NCBI GenBank assembly: GCA_030141605.1 | Contig: JAQGDQ010000397.1 | Location: 1 to 64,000, forward strand | Direction: 5' to 3' | Length of the DNA stretch: 64,000 nt | Origin: Tubiluchus corallicola | Taxonomy: Eukaryota; Animalia; Priapulida | Shown: positions 48,569 through 59,355 of the stretch, one piece after another | Layout of the letters: each line of letters opens with the position of its first letter | Position numbering within the stretch: position 1 is the stretch's first letter | Program-made: the position numbers and the translations under genes | Notes under the pieces: generated by a model | Told to the model about the DNA's origin: nothing | The model's database searches: none | What the model saw: only the letters and a program-made list of their open reading frames with translations

Positions 48569-49729
48569 ATGTTCAGATACGTACAAATTGCTTCTATTGC
48601 ATTGGCTGTTACATTTTCAGTGATAGTTTTCAGTCTCCACAAGCTTACAGAAGTAAATTACACGACGTCATCTATTCATGTGGCTCTGGCAGTTTGTGGT
48701 GGTGCAGAATCTACTTACGTGGATGATTTTACCGTATTAGTGAAATCAGTTTTTCTTGTGCCCACCGAACTCATTCATTACCATGTTATAGTCGACAGTG
48801 ACGAAATTGAGCATAAGCTAAAGGGCTTTCTAGACAAATTTAGTGACACGCAAGCGAGCAAAGTAAATTTCTACAGACCTTGGTTTCCCCCTGGTGAAAA
48901 TTTTACTCATTGGCATCAAAATGGCGATGGGATAAAACCATGTGGATCTGCTTGGTTATTCCTTCCTCAGATCCTGCCAAAATATGTGAAAAGGATTGTA
49001 AGGTTTGACATGGACGTCATTGTAGTACGACCTCTAAAGGAATTGTGGCGCCATTTTGATCAAATGACATCGAATCAGATGATGGGAATCGCATTCGACT
49101 ATTCTGGTGAACACACGCATCGCATTATGGAGCTTTTCCACACACCACATGGGGTTTCTCAATTGACTGCTTCTAATAACACTTTACTTAACCCTCTAAG
49201 TGGTAGAAAGAACAAAGGTCTTAATACTGGAGTTGTTTTAATGGACTTGGAAAAAGTACGGCAAACTGACTGGATGACAGATATTGTTGATATTTATCAC
49301 TCGACAAGCAATTGTTCAACGGACAAATGGACGTTTCCTGCCTGCACTCCAGAGCAAAATGCATGCGACGTCTATTTTCACGAGAATCCATCGAGACTGT
49401 ATTTCCTCCCATGCGAGTGGAACTTTTGGTGGGGTGTGGCAGTCTTCGGCGATTATTGTCAGACGGCTAAAAGGGACGGAATCGGTATATTCCACGGTGC
49501 TGCGGGAACGTTCCACAATCGAAGAACCCACATGCAATGTCAATGGATATTTGAAGGTGTTTACAATATATACAAAAGTCTAAAAGGTTATGAAACAAGG
49601 GATTTCCTTGTGGGGAAACTAAGGAAATTTCGCGAAGCGCAAAGAAAACGAAAACAAAAACAAAACGCAAAGAAAAGAGTGGGTGGTGAAAAATGCTTAC
49701 CAATTGTAGACAAAATCATAACAGTTTAA
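48569..49729 (+). CDS. GT8 glycosyltransferase, glucoside xylosyltransferase (GXYLT)-like, type II Golgi membrane protein, 386 aa, single coding exon
   Basis: N-terminal TM segment (IASIALAVTFSVIVFSL); IHVALAVCG, LVKS, FP..N...W, KPC.S..LFLP.IL, DxD (DMD), RPLKELW, GLNTGVVLMDL, F..NP..LY.LPC.WN, C..A...GI.IFHG..G.FH and F..VY are collinear with GXYLT1/2. First ATG at 48569; AATAAA at 49893. Confidence 0.9.
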   Translation: MFRYVQIASIALAVTFSVIVFSLHKLTEVNYTTSSIHVALAVCGGAESTYVDDFTVLVKSVFLVPTELIHYHVIVDSDEIEHKLKGFLDKFSDTQASKVNFYRPWFPPGENFTHWHQNGDGIKPCGSAWLFLPQILPKYVKRIVRFDMDVIVVRPLKELWRHFDQMTSNQMMGIAFDYSGEHTHRIMELFHTPHGVSQLTASNNTLLNPLSGRKNKGLNTGVVLMDLEKVRQTDWMTDIVDIYHSTSNCSTDKWTFPACTPEQNACDVYFHENPSRLYFLPCEWNFWWGVAVFGDYCQTAKRDGIGIFHGAAGTFHNRRTHMQCQWIFEGVYNIYKSLKGYETRDFLVGKLRKFREAQRKRKQKQNAKKRVGGEKCLPIVDKIITV

Positions 49730-50368
49730 CAGTTTATTATTTATAAGCACTCACCACAATAAGAAACTAATTATCAATAATGCTGCATCAGATGATGAAC
49801 GACACAACTAAATTGTAACAAAATCGCCTAAAACCTAAAAAGTTCACTGTAAATTATTTTCAAAATCACAAAACTTTAAGAAAAAACTCTTCAATAAAAT
49901 TTACATTATCTCACTCGTAAAAAGTATTAATCTCTAAAAATTCAAATGATAGACTCATGTTTTTAGAGATTATGAGTGAAATATTGTGAACTATGAAATA
50001 TGAAATTTGTTTCGCATGTGATAATTATGAACGTACCACATTTATAACAATATTATTTATAATGAAAAATTGTAGATTGTGAGAGGGAAATGTACCACAA
50101 AGCGGTTACACACAGCTCTCCATAAGCATGTATGTATATACGTGTGTAATTTATTGACAATTTACAACAAATGGGATAAACACTTTAATATTTTTTGTCC
50201 ATGTCACAATATTGTACGTCATTCAACCTTCGTAATTAAAACAGAAAAGTAATTGTAACATTAATCTTATTCAGTTAATATTTGGCACAAATTTTAAGAA
50301 ATTCTTTAACTTTAAAAACGAATTTACATCGTCGTAAAACTAACTGTCTCCGATGTGCTGTGCCATTG

Positions 50369-50780
50369 GCAGGGGCGTATCAAAACTTTACGACGCCCTT
50401 GACTAAAGGTTCTGTTCATCTCTATTGTGAATTTTTGGTTGTCTGTGTAACGACCAGATTAAACAGTTACTTGTGGTGTATTAGAAACACTATCAACCTA
50501 GATTTTGTGTCTTCATTATAAATTATAAATTTGCATAGTGCTCATATTTAAACACGCTGCGCAACTATTTGTTTTGTTATAGCTTGCGCATGCTCTTTAT
50601 GTGGCACTTATATAAAGCAGCGCTCAGTAACTGCATGTGGTGTGTTACAAAATGTGCTCTTCACATGAATATGAAAGTATACAGATTTTCCGAGGAGAAT
50701 AAGATTTTTTTCTAAAATGTGAGGCCCCTCAAACTTTGGTGCCCTCGGCTATAGCTGTTGCCTTGTTGTCTCCGCGCACT
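50369..50780. mobile_element. Possible hAT-type MITE with GC-rich ends
   Basis: Starts caggggcgta; subterminal gaggcccctc...gtgccctcggc; ends cgcgcact. The TIRs are imperfect. Confidence 0.3.
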
Positions 50781-51300
50781 CAGCCTTCAAAAGCTATCTG
50801 ACATCCCAATGTGACATAATCCATTGCTGGTGTATACCCTGGAGGCTAAGCATCAACTTTGAGCCAAACAATACCGAAGCCATCATCAAGCAAAATCAAG
50901 CATGGAACCTTCTCCTCCAGTCTTGCAGTTCGATGATCGTTTACGCAGAGGAAACAAAAGTTTTGGATGTAATTGTTGACAACAAACTGAGTTTCAGATC
51001 CTATATCAATTCAGTTCGCTTGAGCTTGGGGAAAATGGATTAAAATAAAACAGTTATACTTCAGGCATAAAGGTATGCAGATGACGATAATAAACAACTT
51101 GTTCAGGTATGGGTGACTTTAATGGTTTTATAAGCTTCTAGTTCCTGGTATGACGTAGTCAAAACAGTTATTGGTGTCAGCTATAATCCTGCTAAGGATG
51201 TCACTGAAAGAATGTGTGGGTTATTGCCATTAGAAAAAACATACCTTAGCAAAGTGGTAAATTTGTTTTACAGGCAATCACCAATCAGGAAGAGGACCTT
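50780..51300 (+). mobile_element. Degenerate LINE RT thumb fragment
   Basis: INFEPNNTEAII and ETKVLDVIVDNKLSFRSYINSV resemble K.LGV..D.KL.F..HI. Confidence 0.55.
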
Positions 51301-52696
51301 ATAATGAAATTTACAAGGATTATAAGTTTATTAAATTTTTTGATCTAGTTTATACATAAATAAGATTTTAACGTAATATATAATAATATAATATATAATT
51401 ATTTATATAATATATACTATATAATATAATATATTATATATATATATACAATATAAAATGTATAACATAATCTATATATATTAAACTTTTTGATCTAGCT
51501 TCTAAGTATTTTTTATCCTCACATATGCCAACAGCTCGATCATTTTTGAACCACAACGACGGACATTGTATTACGTTATAACGATAAACAAAGCGAGCCT
51601 CGCGGGAACTGGAAACGTTTAACGAAGACGAAATCAAATTGTTCTCATTTATGTTGTGGTCCATCTAGCTTAGAAACCAGATACCAGGTTTACGTGGCGA
51701 TAGAGCACAACTATTTCTGCATCCTCACAAGCTGCCAACGGGCAAATTCGAAAAACTGAAATCGAGGCATTGAACTTCAGACTGTCGAATACCACCTGCA
51801 GAAGAGACTCAAATACCAAATCATCTAGTGTTCAGTTGCCTGATTGTGCGAAATGTTTCACGAGCATGCAGGCTGCAATTCCAAGAATGGATTTAAAGGA
51901 CAATGTTTTGGAGACAAAAATGTCTGCAATGTATTCGTTGAATTCGTAAATGAGCTGATTATCATAAACATGCTTGTTTATTAATGGTATTTAGATCTGT
52001 GTAGCAGGTCATAATCTAATCACTATGTTGTGCGTATAGTCAGCACATTGTTAGGAATGTAAATGCAGGATGAGGAATCCAGATTTCGGAAAAAAAACCT
52101 GGAAATCACAGCATAACAATTACAATCAGTTTTGTGCCTCCTAGTAAGTGAGCTGCCACGTATCCATCCCGTGAAGAAATTTCCTTTAGTTGCAATAAAG
52201 TAGGACTCATTCCCACACTTACTGTACAGATTTCTTGTTGCTTAACTTCAGTCTCTTATCGCTGCAACCACTCGGCAAGTTCGTTAGTTCTGTTTAATAT
52301 TTTACCTAACACGCATCGAACGATCCAAGATCAATAATTGATTATTATCAACTTAATTTTATTATATAACTTATTTGCATACCCATTTTCAAGCAGTCAT
52401 TCAGAAATTACCATCTCTCGTTGTACAAACTCCCTCATGTTCACAGCTAAACTATCTTATCAATAATTTTCCTAATACACTTTTCTTATGCACAACTCCA
52501 CCCACAATTTATAACCCTTACCTTATAGACTGTTTCTCCCTCATTCCAGAGGCGAGCAGATTTTTTCCTCAACATGCCCTAAAAGTTGCACAATTTTAAG
52601 AGGCTGTTTTGCGGTATTCTGCTAAATTTGGGAAAATTCAAGCTTAGCGAAACCGTGGCTTTCCGTCAATTTCTAAATAGGCCTGCTTACAAAGAC

Positions 52697-53060
52697 TAAG
52701 CAAACCCCGCTAAAAGAATTTTGCACATAAACTAATTTTGCGCAACAACAACCCACACCACACCACATCAACTGCCGCACCACTCACAACACACCACCCA
52801 CACCACACCACATCAACTGCCGCACCACTCACAACACACCACCCACACCACACCACATCAACTGCCGCACCACTCATAACACACCACCCACACCACACCA
52901 CATCAACTGCCGCACCACTCACAACACACCACCCACACCGACCACACCACACCGACCACACCACACCTACCACACCATACCACAACACACCATACCATCC
53001 ATACCACAGCCCGACATCCACAGAACACCATCCACACTACACCAACACCAATAAACACAA
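52697..53060 (+). repeat. CA-rich-core element copy containing a near-perfect 45-bp tandem repeat, about 4 copies
   Basis: cacccacaccacaccacatcaactgccgcaccactcacaacacac is repeated over about 52750-52935; the 5' block is shared with 1078 and 33393. Confidence 0.85.
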
Positions 53061-53555
53061 ATCGCCTTTCAAACTGCCTTTCAAGATCTTGCAGATTGAC
53101 ATTATTGACATTGTTGCTTATAGGTTTCTTGAAAAATTGCACTTGAAAAATACCCGTGCAAGACTTTTTTTATAGAATTTATAGCCATACAAATCTTTTC
53201 TGTGAAGTTTAGCGTATTTGTCTCTTCTTATATGAGATGCATATACATACAAATGCAAATAAATCTTGCAGGCAAAGTTTCTTTCTATAAACACAAAGTA
53301 AAAAATGTTTCATGATCAAAATTTTTATCTTTTTTTTCAATTTATTTAGTTGTATATGTATTTAAGTGCTTTTTCATTGTTAATTTATTAATTAGTTTAT
53401 TTGTTTTTATATTTAAATTTTTGTTTAGCTGTTCATTTATTTATTTTTTCTTTTATTTATTTATTAATCTATTCCTATTGCTTTTTAAGCGAGTTAAATC
53501 TGTAACGTAACTATTTTTAATTTAGCAAACTATTAAGCCAAGTGTTAAATTCTCT

Positions 53556-53593
53556 AAACTCAGAACTTGTTTTTCAAAACAAGTTCTGAGTTT
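53556..53593. repeat. Perfect 18-bp-arm palindrome with a 2-nt loop
   Basis: aaactcagaacttgtttt-tc-aaaacaagttctgagttt. Confidence 0.95.
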
Positions 53594-54983
53594 TTATTTG
53601 CCTGCCTTCCTTCAACTCTCGAGTATTTTTCACGTCTTTAGCAAGTTTTCCGGGGACACTAATGTTGGTGTTGATTAGCTTTCAACGACTAATTTGTTAC
53701 TATCACAGGTACAGAAGAAGATATTTTCAATTAATTGGCTTTAGATTTCTTGTGTAAAGTTTCTTGAACTTGTACTTTGTACTTGTATTTTATACTATAT
53801 AAAATTTTCATTGATTTCAAATTTACTTACAAGAATTCTTGTACATCTGAAATTTACATTTATTAAATTACGTACTAAGCCGGTCTATTTGGTTATGTTT
53901 TTTTTATGAAGACCTTCTTCCTAAAAGCCTGTTTTGTGGCTTATATATTGACTTATAGTATTTGAGCTGAACACTACAGATGTAAACCAAAAGAAGCCTA
54001 TAACGCTGACTGAGTCAAGCATAGAAAAAAATTATAAAAGATCAAAAATCCTGTGTTTCTTGTCAGTTATGTTGGAATCTATATCTATTAAGTAGCTCAC
54101 ACTTGTCTGCCTGCATAGTGTCGCGTGTTCTTAGCAGATACTAAACACTGTCGCTGGGTTTATGGCTTTGATTTAAGTCATATGCTTTGAGTGTTAACAA
54201 AGAAGCATATTATGGTCATGATAACTGATTATAAAAACATTCGGGTAGCAAAAAAATTGGTTATAGAATTTTTTATAATCGGATGGCAAAAAAGTTGGCT
54301 ATGACCAGTATTACAGAATTTAGCAGATAGTTTGTTTAAATGGTTGATCCACCATCCAAGTGTTAACTTTTGCTAATTCGATATTGACATGAGAGTAGAT
54401 GGAAATTGTTGTCATATAGGAAAAGACTTGTGTCACCAGCAAAGAGGCGGGTGTTTAAATTGGATTAAAATTAAATTGCCCACTTTAATAAAACAGAGCC
54501 CAAAGTTAAACAAAAACGTAATCAATTTGGTCGACACTCTAAGAGGGAAAAACATGAGCAAAATATTTTTGAAAATCAAGCAAGAACAAGTTAGGCACTT
54601 CCTTTGAAAAAAAATAACTAAGACACAACAGCGTGTCAGACTATAACAAATAGCTGTGTGTAAAGTGAAGTTAACAGACATTATCTGTCACAATGATGCT
54701 GCTTATGCTTTTTGATAGTCAGATGGTTTCTACATTGGCAAAACTAGGAAGCTAAAACACGATTATTTTATCTATAAAATACAGTGTATTCAAGTAAGTG
54801 TGAACAAAGCTATGATTGGAGCTTAATATTAAAAATGCTTCATAGAGTACCCCAGTCTCTCTATTACGAGCGTACCCCTTCACTTGCCCACATGTAAATG
54901 CAACGAGAGTCACACATGCGCAGTGTCGTTCCTAACGGGACTTCCGCTTTCTTTCCCGATTTTTCCTTTTTCGCAAGATATCT

Positions 54984-55764
54984 AAAAATTGTTGTTGCCC
55001 ACTAGCTTCAGATTTAGCCGACCTGTATTCCTCCTGTTTTTGCGCTTCAAATGCAGCCGATTTTTTCTGCAGTGACATTAACAACACCTCGATTGTTTCT
55101 ACAGTTTGTTCATCTTCAGTTGAAAATTCGTCTAACTCAGTTTGTTGGGCAGGCTCGAGTGTCAATTCAGACGCTTCTTCTTGTAGCTTCTCGGACGCAC
55201 TGGTAAACTTTTGTATTTTGTTGGATATTTGCGCTATACTTTCATTGATTTCTGCCAAAGCTGCAATGCTAAAACCTACAGTAGGTTCTAGTAATTTTAA
55301 AGCTGACTCGCTAGCCTGTTTTGCTGTATTGAGAAACCGTGTTCTATTGGCTTTCAGTCTCGATAGTTTCTGTTTACTTTTCTCGTCCATTTTTTACGTT
55401 GATTGTTCAAGTTAAATCGCTAATCTTACCGTGAAAATTCCCGGGTTTCTTGCACCACTTGTGGCGATGCCCTGTCACTTCGCGCAAGTTTCAGAGCTAA
55501 TTATCTATAATTTACTTGTATATCGAAAATCGTAAAACAGTCAAACTTGCCACAAAAATTTGTATATTGATATCTTCTGTATTACACAACTTGCGGTGTG
55601 AAACAAAAAACTTCTAAGACAATTTCACAAACAAAGACGCTAACGAAACTTTTTATAACACAAGTAATCTAAACAAACATGTCCGCCCTTTACACTCGTC
55701 TTCTGCAGACTCGTGCGCGCCGAACAATCCCCGGTCACGCGACCATTCTGATTGCGTCAACACA
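54984..55764 (-). mobile_element. Truncated BEL/Pao element: 5' LTR (about 55460-55764), PBS and the N-terminal coiled-coil part of gag
   Basis: The reverse-strand LTR runs TGTGTTG...CGCCACA, followed by aagTGGTGCAAGAAACCCGGGA (BEL-type PBS). The ORF from 55390, MDEKSKQKLSRLKANRTRF..., reads into flanking repeat DNA after about 54984. Confidence 0.75.
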
Positions 55765-56920
55765 GTCTGTACAAAGGGGGGGGGCTGCTTAATTATAAAT
55801 CTTGTTAAGCATTTCAGTTGATCATAAAACGCTAATCACGCAGCGCTACAAAATACGATTTTAACCTTCAACAATTTTCTCCAGAAATCGAATTATAAAC
55901 TTGTAATCCCGGCAAAACGCTGAATTGCATCCAGACCTCTGAAGACACGCTCTCTGCACACAAAGAGGAGCTTATTGCTTTTTAAAATCTTCTAAAGTCT
56001 TTGAGACGATTCGCCTTTCACACCCTGCAAACAAAGAAAGATCTTAATCTTCAATAATTTTGTCTGGAATTTAATAATGATTTCAGAAATAATAACCCTC
56101 GCTTTTGAAATTAATAATCCTGGCGGCAGATTTCACAAAATACCAAATTGCAGACAACTTGAGACGCGCTCTTTCTGCACACAAAAGAACATCTAATTTA
56201 TAATCCTTTTGAAGTGTTTACCTGAGTGGCAGGTTACTCCCTGCAGACAAAGGAAATTTTGCAGACCAATTTAAACGTTCTCCACACACAAAAGAACAGC
56301 CTAATGGTTTTTGAAATCTTCTAAAGTAATTGAGCTAAGACCCGGTTTACGCTCTGCTCATAAAGAAAGATTTAATCTTCATCAAATTCGTCTGGAATTT
56401 AATAATAATAACCCTCGCTTTTGAAATTTGTAATCTTTGCAATCTTGAGACATGCTCTCTGCACACAAAAGAGCAGCTTATTTATAATCCTTTTGAAGTA
56501 TTTAACTGAGTGGCAGGTTACTTCCTGCCGACAAAGAAAGATTTTAATCCCCAATAATTTTGTCTGGAATTTAATAATAATTGATATTCTGACAATAATA
56601 ATAATCTTGTTTTTTGATGGTTCACTTAATTACTTACATTCTGCACAACCGCACTTTTTATTTATTTTCTGCTCAACTGCACTTTTTTGCTGACAAACAC
56701 AAAAACCTCACTTAATTACTTATTTTCTGCGCAACTGCATTTTTTCGCTAACTATCACAACTAATGCACTTAATTACATACATTCTGCGCAACTGCACTT
56801 ATTTACTTACATTCTGCACAGCCGCACTTAATTACTTACATTACTTACACTTGTTTGCTCACAACCAGAACAACCACACTTATTTACTTACTTTCTGTGC
56901 AACTTTCTGTTCAACAACTT

Positions 56921-58450
56921 GAATGTTATTGAAAATAGGCCGTGCATAAAATATTGTTGGACTTCAGAAGTCGTGCCGACAAGCCATTTTATATATTAGC
57001 ACTGGCATATATTTTATTGTTTGTGAAAACCAATATAAAATTGGCCCTGGAAATGCGATAACCAAGAGGTTATGCTAGATGCGAGCACATGTCTAGGTTT
57101 AAACTGAAGTATATCGCTACAGCAGTGGCCGACCAGCATTGTGGCACCTGGCAATTGTTAGTAGATATAGTTTGTACTAGCGAGAAAAGAAGTTTATAAG
57201 AAATGTGAAACAGGAATAGTTAGGCAGGTCACTAAGAGTAGGATAGCGAGAAAAAACAGTTTGGATAAAGAAGGTCATGGGAGTGGGTTTTATATATTAT
57301 ATTATATTTTTAGCTTTTTGAGAGGTGATTGAGTTAAAATTTAGGCACGATAGTAATCAATAATTATCAAATAGCTTGAGCTAATGTAGAGAAGAGAATT
57401 TTTGTTATTTTCATATGTACATATAGTTATAATATTTTTTAAAATGAACTTTTATATTTATATATTATTAATAAGATTATCAGGATTATTAATACTCATA
57501 ACCTCTTAGTAAATTAAAATTTTTCATAAGTTATTAGTGAAAATTTTTTATTTTTATTTTGATATTTTGAGATTGTAAAGAGAGAAGAAAGTAGAGTTGG
57601 TTGTAGGTTATAGTATGTTAGTGAGCAGAAAGGAGTAAGATCAGCAAACCTTAGATGACAGGGGTGTGCACCATATTTGTTTGTTTATGAAAACCAATAT
57701 AAAATTGGCTCTGGAAATGCGATAACCAAGAGGTTATGCTAGATGCGAGCACATGTCTAGGTTTAAACTGAAGCATATCGCTACAGCAGCGGCCGACCAG
57801 CATTGTGGCACCTGGCAATTGTTAGTAAATATAGTTTGTACAAGCGAGAAAAGAAGTTTATAAGAACTGTGAAACAGGAACAGTTAGGCAGGTCACTAAG
57901 AGTAGGATAGCGAGAAAGAAACAGTTTGGATAAAGATGGTTATGGGAGTGGGTTTTTCATATTATATTATATTTTTTAGCTTTTTGAGAGGTGATTAAGT
58001 TAAAATTTAGGTATGATAGTAATCAATAATTATCAAATAGCTTGAGCTAATGTGGAGAGGAGAATTTTTGTTTTTTCATATGTACATATAGTTATAATAT
58101 TTTTCAATGAATACGTTATGAAAGGAGTGAGGATAACGAAAAGACAAATACAATTACAGATTTTTGGAGTCATCAGGAGGTAACTTGGAAGTCGAGTTTC
58201 AGCTGCTAGGAAAGTTGCAGAGGAAATATAATGCACCGTGCCTTATTTCTGTCACTTCCTGTCACGAATGTCACAACATTATCATGCTCTTCGTGTAATC
58301 ACGAAGACAGGAAATCACCGTTCCGCAATAACAGACAAGTCATTAATATGAAAAATGTTATTGAAAATAGGCCGTGCATAAAATATTGTTGGACTTCAGA
58401 AGTCGTGCCGACAAGCCATTTTATATATTAGCACTGGCATATATTTTATT
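56921..58450 (+). repeat. Nested direct repeats A-B-C-B'-D-A' (A about 98 bp at 56921-57018 and 58353-58450; B about 425 bp at 57019-57445 and 57681-58105)
   Basis: A: aatgttattgaaaataggccgtgcata...gcactggcatatattttatt appears identical in both copies. B: gaaaaccaatataaaattggc...catatgtacatatagttataatatttttt. Confidence 0.9.
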
Positions 58451-58959
58451 AATTTTTCGAATCGGGCCCACCGGTACGAACGGGGGGGGGGCAAAAAAAC
58501 TCCAAAAATGGTCATTTTTCGGCCGTTTTTTTCAAAGTTATACGTCTGAGATCTGGAGAACGGGAAAGGGCCATGGGTGGTGCTGGCTAGATAGCCCGTT
58601 CAGCAGTGGGAGTAGTAGGCATATTTAGAATTTGCGAGAGAGCAACAGGCGTTTCCCCGGACATTACTCGCGTTTTTTTTTTGGAAATTTTGACCAAACA
58701 GCATGCAGAAGAAACATCCATTAACAATAACAGGCAATTACTAAAATAAAGAAATCAAAGTAAAAGGAGGACTATTCATATTAAAGAGCAAACAAAAATA
58801 ATATATTGTTTATAGTTTTGAACACCTAAAATTGTCTGTGTTTTGCTCAAAGAGTTTTTATTACACAGTTTCTTCTATACTGTTATATTTTTATAACGTT
58901 ATAGACACAGAACTGAAACTGTTTATTTCTCCTCCATATTTTGAATTGAAATATTTCGC

Positions 58960-59355
58960 ATATGTTGCGATATTGTACACTAGATGGCTGACTAATATTA
59001 CTCGAAGTTCTTCAGCCAATTGGAGCATCCGCCATTACGCGCGTGCTGCACTCCAGGACTGTCAATCACTCTTACCCACGAGTTCTCATGTGTATCGTTG
59101 CTTCCATGCACGCATCGCTACACTCACTGCTCCAGCATGTGTGAGAGTACACCTCGTCTCTGCCATGTTCCATACAGACCCTCATGTTTAGGTAAATATT
59201 TTCACTAGCCACGTACACTAGCCATAAATTAATGTGAAGAAATGATATTGATAACAGAAAAAAAAACACTTTGAAAATGACAATGATGCCAGAAACAAAC
59301 AATAAATAACATTTTAAAGTGAAAATGTTGGAATGCAGCCTGAATTTCTGAACCA
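58960..59355 (+). repeat. Diverged duplicate of about 23190-23600 (partial copy at 25353-25500)
   Basis: Shared cacgcatcgctacactcactgc and cagaaacaaacaat.aataacattttaaagtgaaaatgt. Confidence 0.85.

Noticed and set aside
48539-49729. Alternative annotation as LARGE (which would pair with POMK in matriglycan synthesis), and the TTG start at 48539
   Set aside because: There is no GT49 second domain and the KPC, C..A...GI and HG..G.FH motifs are GXYLT-type. A eukaryotic start is the ATG at 48569.
57019-58105. Strand-skewed AT-rich sequence resembling a mitochondrial insertion (NUMT)
   Set aside because: I could not recognise any mitochondrial protein, rRNA or tRNA motif; BLASTN to the mitogenome would settle it.
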